Shown here piece after piece: positions 9,957-19,454 of a stretch of DNA of 64,000 bases. How positions within the stretch are numbered: position 1 is the first letter of the stretch; each line of letters opens with the position of its first letter. A program made the translations under genes and the position numbers. The DNA lies in assembly GCA_048887225.1 (NCBI GenBank), contig JBHLJY010000002.1, positions 288,001 to 352,000 of the forward strand, given 5' to 3'. A model generated the notes under the pieces. It was not told the DNA's origin. It saw only the letters and a list, made by a program, of their open reading frames with translations, and did not search any database. This stretch comes from Candidatus Hodarchaeota archaeon (GTDB taxonomy: Archaea > Asgardarchaeota > Lokiarchaeia > Sigyniarchaeales > SOKP01).

Positions 9957-11213
9957 TTAAAAACCTCCGAAATATGAATCACAAAATATTAATCGCTTCG
10001 GAATCCAATCAAACAATTTATCAACAGCCTCGTCAACTTTAATAACCCATTCAGTATCATAATACCAAAGATACCATTTATTTATGTCAGTTTCTAATAT
10101 ATCTTTAATCTCATCATGTATTTCAGTTAACATATCTGAAATAGATTCCTCACTCCAAATTGATTCTCTCAAGAAAAACCATCGATTTTTAACATCCTTT
10201 TTAAAATCTTTATTATTCATTAATCGAACATATAAATAATTTCTCTTAAATATTTCAATTTCAATATTCTCCTCTGGATCAGATTTTCTTCCTAAAAATT
10301 GGCCAAAACTCGAATCAAAATCCCAAGGAATCAGAAAAAATTTACTAGGATGAGTATTTCTGACCAAAAAATAATTATGAGACCAAAAGTCTTTATGCAA
10401 AATGAAAAAATTAAAAATTAAAAAATCTATCAAACTCATCTTATCAAATTTATTATATATACCATGAGAATCGTTGAAAAATTCACTATCAGATGTTTGA
10501 CATATGAAAGGAATTAATACACTGAAGACCTCATCCTTAATATAAATACCATCATATTCATTAGGCCAATCCTGATCCCAGCCATCGTTTGAATGCTCAA
10601 AAAAATTTAAATCGTGTGAATCTGATTGAAATATTAAGCTTGAATTATCATTATTTTGAGCATCATCAAGCCCAAACAATCTTCTGTCATTCTTTTCAGC
10701 AAGTAAATAGAGTCCTTGAAATTCACCATTTACATATAAAATAACATATTCAGATTCAGGTAAAATAGCAGTAGGGTTTGTTGGTAATAGACTACGCCAT
10801 AAATCCATTGATAATTTTATTCTCATGTCGGTTAAATCCATGAACATAGCAAACAATTGCCAGTCATCATCCTCTCTCATCCCAAGAAGCGAAATCCTAT
10901 CAGATAATTCTATGCGATATCCTTTCTTAGGCATTTGAGCATTAAGTCTTCCTCTAATTTTTATTTGACACTTAATAGGAGCGATATTTTCTGACTCATC
11001 AGGGCTTTCTAATTCGAAGGTACCATCGATATAATCGTCAGTATTAATATCTCCTTGAAATGTTATTTTTATTGTAGGGAATTCTTTTGATAGTATTGGA
11101 GTTTTGTAAATATAAGTGTAATAAACCACTGCAAAAATCAGAATAGAAGAAATAATAAAGACTATTAAAAAATCATTTTTTTGCTTAGAATTTGGCAGCT
11201 TTAAGCTAAACAT
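9957..11213 (-). CDS. CotH-family kinase with N-terminal membrane anchor (paralog 3)
   Basis: TM anchor; KIRGRLN..PKKGYRIEL, YVNGEFQGLYLLAE, DFWSHNYF, PWDFDSSFG. Confidence 0.9.
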   Translation of the reverse strand: MFSLKLPNSKQKNDFLIVFIISSILIFAVVYYTYIYKTPILSKEFPTIKITFQGDINTDDYIDGTFELESPDESENIAPIKCQIKIRGRLNAQMPKKGYRIELSDRISLLGMREDDDWQLFAMFMDLTDMRIKLSMDLWRSLLPTNPTAILPESEYVILYVNGEFQGLYLLAEKNDRRLFGLDDAQNNDNSSLIFQSDSHDLNFFEHSNDGWDQDWPNEYDGIYIKDEVFSVLIPFICQTSDSEFFNDSHGIYNKFDKMSLIDFLIFNFFILHKDFWSHNYFLVRNTHPSKFFLIPWDFDSSFGQFLGRKSDPEENIEIEIFKRNYLYVRLMNNKDFKKDVKNRWFFLRESIWSEESISDMLTEIHDEIKDILETDINKWYLWYYDTEWVIKVDEAVDKLFDWIPKRLIFCDSYFGGF

Positions 11214-11241
11214 TGATCTGAGATAATCTTGGTTAAGTTTT

Positions 11242-11256
11242 CTTATAAATATTTTC
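11242..11256 (-). promoter_or_regulatory. Candidate archaeal BRE/TATA promoter of the 11213 CotH gene
   Basis: Minus strand reads GAAAATA-TTTATAAG with the TATA-like box 29-36 nt upstream of the ATG; AT-rich background makes chance matches common. Confidence 0.35.
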
Positions 11257-11337
11257 CACTATTATTTTAAAAAAAACTTTGAATTAAATCTATGTATAAT
11301 AAAAAATATTAGATATATTGATTTGATTACAAAATCC

Positions 11338-11345
11338 TTAATATA
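11338..11345 (+). promoter_or_regulatory. Candidate TATA box for the divergent 11368 gene
   Basis: TTAATATA 23-30 nt upstream of the ATG; no Shine-Dalgarno visible. Confidence 0.3.
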
Positions 11346-11367
11346 GTTCAAATATTTCGAGAAATTA

Positions 11368-12708
11368 ATGACTGAAATTAAAAGTAGTCCTTTTGGTTTA
11401 AAGATTCAATATTATTTTAAGAGCTTTACCGAGATGGATGATAACTTATCTAATTTAGTAGCTAAAAATGGATTTAATAGTTTTTCACCCGAGGGGATTT
11501 CGAGTTATTTTACATTTCGCTTTCCAATTGGGAATTTAACTATGTTTAAGGATTATTTTAAAATACCATGTGGCTCAGAATTAAAAAATGACGAAATCCA
11601 AACTTATTGGTATCCAAAATTTTACCCAATTCCAATAAAATTAGAAGAGGCGCTTAAAAAAATTGAGGAAATATTATTTGCAGCAATTAAAAATTTATTG
11701 GAAGGAAAAGATAAATTTGGATTTGCTATGAGCGGTGGTGTTGATAGTTCTCTCATCGTTGCTCTCTGTAGGAAATTATATCCAGATATAGAACTTTATA
11801 CATATTCAGCAGGCTTTTATGGTGAAGATGAATTTGAATATTCAAGATTAATAGCAAAAAAGCTTAATACTATTCACACTGAGAAGATTTTATATAAAGA
11901 CGATTATATTGGGAAATATTCCTTATTAGCTCCATTAATTAGATATAAAGGAGAGCCATTACATCCTAATGAATTAGCGTTAGGAAATATTGAGAAAATC
12001 GCTAAAAAGGATGGTTGCGACATAGTGCTATGCGGTGAAGGTGCTGATGATATTTTTGGAGGTTATGGACAAAATTTTAGAATGTATTTGAATTATAAAA
12101 AGGATGTACCTTTTTTCAGATTCTTTCTAGACAATTATCGTTATTTCTCTATTGAAGATAAGGAATATCTGCTTAAAAATGAATATAATATTAATGATTA
12201 TGAAATATTAATGAATGCTTTAAATGAAAAAGAATTTCCAGGAGATATTAAGAATTATGTTGCTTATTTTACGCAAAAAATCCATACAATAGGACTAATA
12301 ACCCGTGGTGTTAATGCAATGCGCTATAATGGTTTTCCCCCAGGATTTCCTTATATTAATATGGATTTAGTTAATTTTGTAAATTCTTTACCATTCAAAT
12401 TTAAAATTAAGTGGAAAAGCAAGAATTCAAAAGAAAAAGCCAAAGGATTAAATTTTAGAGATATTAGCGAGAATTATGATATTCCAAAATTTATTTTAAA
12501 AAAATTAGCTGAAAAATACTTACCTCATAAAGTAATTTATCGTCCAAAATATGGCTTTCCTGTTCCATTTGACTTTTGGTTTGAAGACTTAAAAGATTGG
12601 AACTTGGATGACGAGATATTTAAGACAAATGATATAAGTAGATTGAGTGGATGGAAAAAGTTTATGATAATCAATTTAAACACATTTTTTAATGAGTTTA
12701 GAAATTAA
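11368..12708 (+). CDS. Asparagine-synthetase-type ATP pyrophosphatase/amide ligase lacking the glutaminase domain
   Basis: PP-loop MSGGVDSS, GEGADDIFGGY, RPKYGFPVP; N-terminus starts at remnant PFGLKIQYY with no N-terminal Cys. Confidence 0.82.
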   Translation: MTEIKSSPFGLKIQYYFKSFTEMDDNLSNLVAKNGFNSFSPEGISSYFTFRFPIGNLTMFKDYFKIPCGSELKNDEIQTYWYPKFYPIPIKLEEALKKIEEILFAAIKNLLEGKDKFGFAMSGGVDSSLIVALCRKLYPDIELYTYSAGFYGEDEFEYSRLIAKKLNTIHTEKILYKDDYIGKYSLLAPLIRYKGEPLHPNELALGNIEKIAKKDGCDIVLCGEGADDIFGGYGQNFRMYLNYKKDVPFFRFFLDNYRYFSIEDKEYLLKNEYNINDYEILMNALNEKEFPGDIKNYVAYFTQKIHTIGLITRGVNAMRYNGFPPGFPYINMDLVNFVNSLPFKFKIKWKSKNSKEKAKGLNFRDISENYDIPKFILKKLAEKYLPHKVIYRPKYGFPVPFDFWFEDLKDWNLDDEIFKTNDISRLSGWKKFMIINLNTFFNEFRN

Positions 12709-12736
12709 TTAATATAATTGATATTTATTTTAAATA

Positions 12737-13474
12737 ATGAAAATTATAATACTTGCTGCGGGCAAGGGGGAGAGACTTTTTCCTCTCACTAAAAATACTC
12801 CAAAACCTTTAATCGATTTAGGAAATGGAGAAACATTATTAGAAAGGCAGCTGCAATATTTATATAAGTCTAATGTTATCGATGAGGTTATTATTGTTAT
12901 AGGCTATTTACACGAACAAATTGAATCAAAATTAAAAAGTTATAAGACTGAACTGAAAATAAAAACTGTATATAATCCGTTCTATGAAATATCTAATAAC
13001 CTCATTACTCTTTGGTTAAGCAAATATGAAATGAATGAGGATTTTCTAATTGCCAATGGAGACAATATAATAGCCAGTGATGTTATTAGAGATTTAGTCA
13101 ATAAAACAAATGAAGGAATTTATGTAACAATCTGCTATAGAGATAAATATAGCGAAGAAGACATGAAGGTAAATTTAGATCCTAATAAAAAAATTCTAAG
13201 AGTAAGTAAAGAAATTAAGAATGGAGATGCAGAATCTGTTGGACTTGTTAAAGTCTCGGGTGAAAAATTTAGAAAAATCTATAAAGATATCTTGGAAGAA
13301 TTAGCGAGAAATAAAGATTATTTAAATAAATTTTGGTTGGAGACTTTTAACATCTTAGCAAATAAAGGTGTTGAAATTAATTCATTTGAAATAGATAAAG
13401 ATAAATGGCGAGAAATAGATTTTCATTTTGATTTACATGATATAACAGAAATGATCAAGAAATTCAAGATTTAA
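12737..13474 (+). CDS. LicC-like sugar/choline-phosphate nucleotidyltransferase (cytidylyltransferase)
   Basis: IILAAGKGERL..PKPL, YNPFYEISNN, ANGD, EEDMKV, AESVG, WREIDF. Confidence 0.85.
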   Translation: MKIIILAAGKGERLFPLTKNTPKPLIDLGNGETLLERQLQYLYKSNVIDEVIIVIGYLHEQIESKLKSYKTELKIKTVYNPFYEISNNLITLWLSKYEMNEDFLIANGDNIIASDVIRDLVNKTNEGIYVTICYRDKYSEEDMKVNLDPNKKILRVSKEIKNGDAESVGLVKVSGEKFRKIYKDILEELARNKDYLNKFWLETFNILANKGVEINSFEIDKDKWREIDFHFDLHDITEMIKKFKI

Positions 13475-13527
13475 CTCGTTATTGTTATTTAATTAATTAT
13501 TTTAGTATAAGCACCAAAGTTAAGAAA

Positions 13528-14583
13528 ATGGTTTCACACATTTCAAGTAAAATTCAGAAATTATTTAAAAAAATCTATAAATTAACAAAACCGAAATATA
13601 TTGTTCTAAAAAATAAATTTTCCGAGAAGAATTTTGGAATTATAGATCGGCTCGAAAAAATCAAATCTATCTCAGATCGAGAGAAATTAATAAATCTATT
13701 AATAAATGTATATGGAATACAAGTAGAGTTCCCCTTACAAATCAAAAATAAAGTGAAGGGAATTAAAACAATTCAAGGTAAAATTAATTACGATGGTATT
13801 TTCTATGATAGATCAAGTTTTAGTAGCTATGATGGCTTAGAAATCCCTATTTATGTCATTTATCCTTTTAATTTTGATCCAAATAAAAAATATCCTACAA
13901 TTATAATTTTCTCCGGACACGGATCTGCGAAACAAGCCGCATTTGAAAAAGATTCTTATCAACATGGCGCAGGTCTCGCTTTATCGAAGCAAGGATTTCT
14001 TGTATATGTAATGGAAAACCGAGGTATGGGAAAATTATCATATCTAGGTAGTCATCTTCGAATTGATGCAGTGGCAAGGATTATCGGTGGAACTTGGTAT
14101 GGAGAAATTATCACTGATGCTTTATGGTTAGTTGAGAATTTACATCATGAATCTAATGTTGATAATAATCGCATTGGAACTGCTGGTATATCAACTGGTG
14201 GTGCGTTAAGTCTTATAGTTGCTGCTTTAGATAACCGTATTTCTGCATCATATGTTCAAGGATATTTAGGTTCGTTTAAAAAAACTTTTGGGATAAGAGC
14301 TAATCATTGTTTATGTGGTCACATTCCAGGTATATTAAAAATCTGCGATATGGCTGATATAGCATCTCTTATCGCCCCTCGTCCTCTAATATTTATTAAT
14401 GGTACTTCAGATATATTCTATTATATTGACGCAAAAGAAGAATTTAATAATATTTTACCTATATATAAAGAATTAGGAAACGAAGAAAAACTGAAATTAC
14501 TGGTTCCTAAAGGTGTTTGCCATGAATTTTCTACTGATATTGCTATAAAATGGTTTTCTGAGCAATTTAAAACCAATCGTTAG
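13528..14583 (+). CDS. Alpha/beta hydrolase (carbohydrate esterase-like)
   Basis: SGHG, nucleophile elbow GISTGG, AALDNRI, HCLCGHIPG, APRPL, GTSD, HEF (Ser-Asp-His triad). Confidence 0.85.
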   Translation: MVSHISSKIQKLFKKIYKLTKPKYIVLKNKFSEKNFGIIDRLEKIKSISDREKLINLLINVYGIQVEFPLQIKNKVKGIKTIQGKINYDGIFYDRSSFSSYDGLEIPIYVIYPFNFDPNKKYPTIIIFSGHGSAKQAAFEKDSYQHGAGLALSKQGFLVYVMENRGMGKLSYLGSHLRIDAVARIIGGTWYGEIITDALWLVENLHHESNVDNNRIGTAGISTGGALSLIVAALDNRISASYVQGYLGSFKKTFGIRANHCLCGHIPGILKICDMADIASLIAPRPLIFINGTSDIFYYIDAKEEFNNILPIYKELGNEEKLKLLVPKGVCHEFSTDIAIKWFSEQFKTNR

Positions 14584-14632
14584 AAATACTAAATTCTATT
14601 TTTTCAGTTATTTATTATAATTTATAGATTGT

Positions 14633-15898
14633 TTACATATTATAGAAATATAAATCACAGAATTCTAAACGTTCTGGAATCCAATTGAACAAATGGCTAA
14701 CAGAATTTTGAATATTATTTTTCTTGTCTTCCCTGAATGAAATGGGTTCACGGGAATTCCATAAATCTACATCAATTTCTAAAACTTGTTTTATATCGTC
14801 ATATATTTCTTCCAATATATTTAGAATTTGATCTTCTGTCCATATTATCTCTCTCAATTCAAACCAACGATTTTTACAATCTTCTCTAAATGAAAAATTA
14901 TTTAATAATCGATGATATAGCGCATTTATTTTTACTATTTCCGATTCAGGATTCCTGTCTGAATCATATGTATCCCAAATATACCCTCCTAAGCTTCGAT
15001 CAAAATCCCATGGGATAAGAAAAAACTTACTTGGATAGGTATTTCTCACTATAAAATAATTATGGTTCCAGAAATCTTGATGATCTATGAAAAAATTAAA
15101 AATGAAAAAATCTACTAAATTCTGTTTATTAAATTTGGAATAAATTCCGTTTTTACAATTGAAGAAAACTTCAATTGAAGGTTGATGTATAAAATTAATT
15201 AAATCGTATAGAACAGCATCCATAATGTAAATGCCTTCATATTCATTAGGCCAATCTTGTTCCCATACATCTTTGTCGTAGTAATTTAAATCTGTCTCGT
15301 GCTTTACTTGGAATATTAAACTTGAATTGACGTTATTCTGACAATTTTCGAGATTAAATAACCTTCTATCATTTTTTTCAGCAAGCAAATATAATCCTCG
15401 GAACTCACCATTCAAATATAAACACACATATTCCGAATTAGGCAAAATAGCTGTGGGATCTGTATAAAGAAGGCTTCTCCAAAGTTCCATTGCTAATTTG
15501 ATTCTCATTCTTGGATAATCAAAATACAAAGAAAATAAAAGCCAATCATCATCTTCTCTCATTCCAAGTAACGATTTCGGTTCTTTTAGTTCTATGCGAT
15601 ATCCTTTTTTTGGTGATATTTTGTTCCAACCCAATCCACTTCCTCTTAATCTTATTTTTGAGTCTATTTGTTCAATTTTATTTGAATCTTTACAATTATC
15701 TACTTCAAATGTACAGTCTATATATTCCTCATAATCAAGATCTCCTTCAAAATTAATTTTTATTATAGGAAATCCTTTAAAACAAATTGGAATGTATCTA
15801 ATATAGTTAAAATACACTAATAATGACATAAGTACGGTTCCAATTACTGTTAAAACTTTTATTTCTTTCTTTCGTCTAGTAGAAGGAGATTTTTGCAT
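14633..15898 (-). CDS. CotH-family kinase with N-terminal membrane anchor (paralog 4)
   Basis: RRKKE + TM; RLRGSG..PKKGYRIEL, YLNGEFRGLYLLAE, DFWNHNYF, PWDFDRSLG. Confidence 0.9.
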   Translation of the reverse strand: MQKSPSTRRKKEIKVLTVIGTVLMSLLVYFNYIRYIPICFKGFPIIKINFEGDLDYEEYIDCTFEVDNCKDSNKIEQIDSKIRLRGSGLGWNKISPKKGYRIELKEPKSLLGMREDDDWLLFSLYFDYPRMRIKLAMELWRSLLYTDPTAILPNSEYVCLYLNGEFRGLYLLAEKNDRRLFNLENCQNNVNSSLIFQVKHETDLNYYDKDVWEQDWPNEYEGIYIMDAVLYDLINFIHQPSIEVFFNCKNGIYSKFNKQNLVDFFIFNFFIDHQDFWNHNYFIVRNTYPSKFFLIPWDFDRSLGGYIWDTYDSDRNPESEIVKINALYHRLLNNFSFREDCKNRWFELREIIWTEDQILNILEEIYDDIKQVLEIDVDLWNSREPISFREDKKNNIQNSVSHLFNWIPERLEFCDLYFYNM

Positions 15899-15976
15899 TG
15901 GGATCTCTGATATTTATATAAAAGCTTATATGAAGCTTATAATAATTTTTGAAGTAACTCGAGAATAAAAATATTA

Positions 15977-17485
15977 TTAAATATTAATTTTTTTTTTGGA
16001 TTTATTGTTCCTCGTAATTAAATCTTGATAAAGTATATTTACTAAGTTTTTGATATTTAACATTAACTTAAAATATCTGATATCCTCTTTTTTTATACCT
16101 CTTAAAATATATAGAATAATAAAATAAAAGAAAATATTGAGGATTGCGAATAGTGGAATTAAGTAAAAGTAAGTCAAGAAATCTATCATGGCAATAACCA
16201 ATACATTAAAGAGAAATATTAAAAGAACAACAAACAAGTATAAAATTATTCCAAAATTATAACCATACTTATATTTTTTCCATAAAATTATTCTGATAAG
16301 TAGTGAGTATGTGAAATTTCCAAATAGTATAGCTAATGCGAGACCATTAATTCCAAGATTTAAACCATTAGGTGCAATAAAAAGAATAATAAGAAAAGTT
16401 TTATAAAATTCTCCTATAATTTTAATTGCTGAAAACAATTTCGTTAAACCTCGGGCGTTTAAATCAGTAAATACAGCCACATCATTTATTACAAAAATTT
16501 GAGCTAAGATTAATATATTAAAAACAAAAATAGATGGTTCATACACATCACCTAAGAAAATCAATATTAATTCATCTGAATATAAAAATGAAAGAAGTAT
16601 TATTGCTCCAAATAAAATACATGAATATTTCGTAATTTTTTTAATTATCCTCTTGTTTTTTTCTAAATTGCCTTTTTTTATGTTTTTTGCAAAGATAGAA
16701 ACCATTACTAAACTTATTACATTCGGAATAATTGTCCTAAAAACAGAAAAGTGTTCTGCTGCATAATAGAAAGCAACGGCTTCAGAAGAAATCCAAAAAT
16801 TTATTAATATAATTCCTATATTGCCACTAATTAAAACGGCAATATTAGAAAAAATTAAGGGATATGTAAATTTAAGATATTTTTTAATTACAGAATTCGT
16901 CGGTTTACTTATATTATAACGTAAAATATAGGGTAATAAAAAAGCCGTATGCAATATTGTAGATAATAAGTATATAAACGATAATGTAATTTCATTTTTT
17001 GGATAAATATATAATCCAATAACCAAAAGCAATATCTTTGATGAAGAAATAATTATCCAAGGAAAAGATCCTTTAATAATCTCGTTATCGGCAATTAAAA
17101 TGTTTGAGAACGATGTATTAATGCTTTGAACAATAAGTTCAACAATAAAAATAATAATAATCGTTGTAATTGTCTTATCAAAATTAAAAAGACTTAATAT
17201 CATGTAATAAAAACATATTGAGATACAAATAAAAACTGCTTTAAAACTTAAAAGAGTTCCAATGCTACTTGATTTACTCGTTTCCTCAGGATAAATTTTT
17301 AAATGGGCTATATTAAAACCTAAGTTAAAAATAAAGCTAAAGATAGCTACAAAAGCAATCGCAAATCTAACAATTCCAATGACAGCAGGTGCATAAAAAA
17401 GTACCATTAAATAAAAAAAAACAAAACTCAGCGCATACTTAGAGACTTTAAAGACAACAACGAAAATTATCCTTTGCGACTGCAT
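15977..17485 (-). CDS. Oligosaccharide flippase (Wzx/MOP family)
   Basis: About 500 aa with about 14 TM; FNLGF, LKFTYPL, VAFYYAA; glycosylation context. Confidence 0.85.
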   Translation of the reverse strand: MQSQRIIFVVVFKVSKYALSFVFFYLMVLFYAPAVIGIVRFAIAFVAIFSFIFNLGFNIAHLKIYPEETSKSSSIGTLLSFKAVFICISICFYYMILSLFNFDKTITTIIIIFIVELIVQSINTSFSNILIADNEIIKGSFPWIIISSSKILLLVIGLYIYPKNEITLSFIYLLSTILHTAFLLPYILRYNISKPTNSVIKKYLKFTYPLIFSNIAVLISGNIGIILINFWISSEAVAFYYAAEHFSVFRTIIPNVISLVMVSIFAKNIKKGNLEKNKRIIKKITKYSCILFGAIILLSFLYSDELILIFLGDVYEPSIFVFNILILAQIFVINDVAVFTDLNARGLTKLFSAIKIIGEFYKTFLIILFIAPNGLNLGINGLALAILFGNFTYSLLIRIILWKKYKYGYNFGIILYLFVVLLIFLFNVLVIAMIDFLTYFYLIPLFAILNIFFYFIILYILRGIKKEDIRYFKLMLNIKNLVNILYQDLITRNNKSKKKINI

Positions 17486-17566
17486 ATTATTTTTTTAACT
17501 TCCTAAACTTGATTAGTGAAACTTTTTAAAAATCTTATACTTTTCGAAAAAAATTGTAAGTTTTAA

Positions 17567-19429
17567 TTAAATTGTTGAGAACCATCCTAAGAAACCGAGC
17601 CAGATATTAAATTTCATGTATTCTGAGGAGTGTTTTTTTAGTCTTGGTATTGTAGCTTTCCTAAACAGTTTCTTGAATGGCTTCATTTTAACAAAATTAT
17701 CTGATTTTAAGGAATTAATTAGCTGATATGCATAAGATTTTACAGCTTCAAAAGAATCTGGATTAAAAAAATCTTGTCTTAAACCATATTTTGGTTGCCA
17801 ATCAAAATATTTTTTTGGCAATAATTTCTTTCTTTTTGCTACTTCTCGGACTAACCATTTATATCTTGTTCTAATTCCATCTCCCGTTAATTTAAGGTAT
17901 GGAGGTATTGGTAAAAATTTTTGATATGACCTATATGAAATATAAGGGCAATATAACTTGAGATCATAATAACTCGATAAAACATGTGAAATTAAAGGAT
18001 CTCCAGAAGGGCTAAGATATTGAAGTGTAAATCCAAATTTATTGTAGTCATTAAAAGGATAAGTTTTAAACATTTTTACATTAATTTCTGTTAAATTATC
18101 TAAACTTAATCTTCGACCTGTAATTCTAAATACGTCTTCCATATGGCTAAATTGAACTGATGATGCTAATGTTTGAATTTCAGAGTTAGTTTCTAAAAAA
18201 TTTGAATTCATTAAGATATCAATTGAATTAATTGTATTTTTATCTTTTAATAAATTTGTAATCAAGAATGAGGGATAATAGAACTTATTTAATAGTCTGG
18301 CTGCATGGCTTCTTAATTTTCTTGGAATATGGAATAGATAATTTGTTCTTTTAAAATTATATAAAACATTATGGCGCAAATAACTCATAACTTCCCCTGC
18401 ACCCTCCCCTATCATAGTGTTATTTCTATTTAACTTTTTTACCTCATTATATCCCGCAAATCTTGAAAAATATGCTGTTCCTCCCATAGGTTCTTCTAAT
18501 ATATTAAAAACTTCAGTATAAATTTCAGTTAATTCTTTATAATCGTGAATTCTCATGTCCCTAATAAAATGTGGGATATCAATGTATTCAGCAACTTCAA
18601 TGGCCTTTTCAACATCCTCTTCATTATATCCTGGGACACTCACAGTTATAGCTTCAACAGGATTATCAAATTCCCTTTTGAGAATTGAAGTAATTACTGT
18701 TGAATCTAAGCCCCCACTCATCATTGATAAAATTGGCTGTTTGGTAGGAAATGAAAGTGTCTCCTTGAATGTTTGGTACACATATTCAACCCAATAATCA
18801 ATATCTTTGACGCTGTGTTTTGATCTTTCGAAAAAATTCTTATTTATTACCCAAGTTTTAAAAATTTTTATTTCATTCGAATCAGTATATAAATTTTCTC
18901 CAAGATCTAATCTTTTAATTTGTAAAATGATTGATTCTGCCCCAATATTCAAACCTGTTCCTAAATATCGTCCAAATACTTTGTAATTAAATTTTTTATT
19001 ATCTAGAAGCGAAATTAAAAGTTTTAAAGATGTACTAAAAAGAAATGGTGGAGTTATTGTATAGTAGACCTTTTCACGAGCAAATATATCTTTATAAATT
19101 TTTATTCCTTTATTCTCATCATATATCGCAAAAATAAAATCATTCCTTAAATCCTTTATTGCCTCATCATAATCAAAATCTTTATTTTTATTTATTAAAA
19201 TTTCTGGAACATTATCATAATATAAACTTTTAAAGAGCTTACAATCGTCAAAATACCAAATATTGGTATTAGTTTTCTTTGATTTTTCTTTAATGATACC
19301 CATGAAATAGTTATTCTTAATCAATCCCTCAAATTCAAATGATTCTGAAAACCTCTTTTCAAAAAAATATAAAGATTTCTCAATCATTTGATTAGGTTTT
19401 TCTGAATACCCCCCAAAAATATATTCCAT
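17567..19429 (-). CDS. Divergent asparagine-synthetase-like protein with degenerate glutaminase domain
   Basis: MSGGLDST, EEPMGG, GEGAGE, PKYG; N-terminal Ntn-like region without the catalytic Cys (MEYIFGG). Confidence 0.78.
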   Translation of the reverse strand: MEYIFGGYSEKPNQMIEKSLYFFEKRFSESFEFEGLIKNNYFMGIIKEKSKKTNTNIWYFDDCKLFKSLYYDNVPEILINKNKDFDYDEAIKDLRNDFIFAIYDENKGIKIYKDIFAREKVYYTITPPFLFSTSLKLLISLLDNKKFNYKVFGRYLGTGLNIGAESIILQIKRLDLGENLYTDSNEIKIFKTWVINKNFFERSKHSVKDIDYWVEYVYQTFKETLSFPTKQPILSMMSGGLDSTVITSILKREFDNPVEAITVSVPGYNEEDVEKAIEVAEYIDIPHFIRDMRIHDYKELTEIYTEVFNILEEPMGGTAYFSRFAGYNEVKKLNRNNTMIGEGAGEVMSYLRHNVLYNFKRTNYLFHIPRKLRSHAARLLNKFYYPSFLITNLLKDKNTINSIDILMNSNFLETNSEIQTLASSVQFSHMEDVFRITGRRLSLDNLTEINVKMFKTYPFNDYNKFGFTLQYLSPSGDPLISHVLSSYYDLKLYCPYISYRSYQKFLPIPPYLKLTGDGIRTRYKWLVREVAKRKKLLPKKYFDWQPKYGLRQDFFNPDSFEAVKSYAYQLINSLKSDNFVKMKPFKKLFRKATIPRLKKHSSEYMKFNIWLGFLGWFSTI

Positions 19430-19454
19430 GTAGTATCTCCTTTTTTTTTGAATT

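Noticed and set aside
152-15898. Reading the CotH genes as evidence of sporulation
   Set aside because: The CotH kinase family is widespread outside spore formers, no other sporulation gene is present, and these copies are membrane anchored
11368-19429. Glutaminase-deficient AsnB homologs as lasso-peptide cyclases
   Set aside because: No precursor peptide, B-protein peptidase or RRE gene nearby; the neighbours are glycan genes
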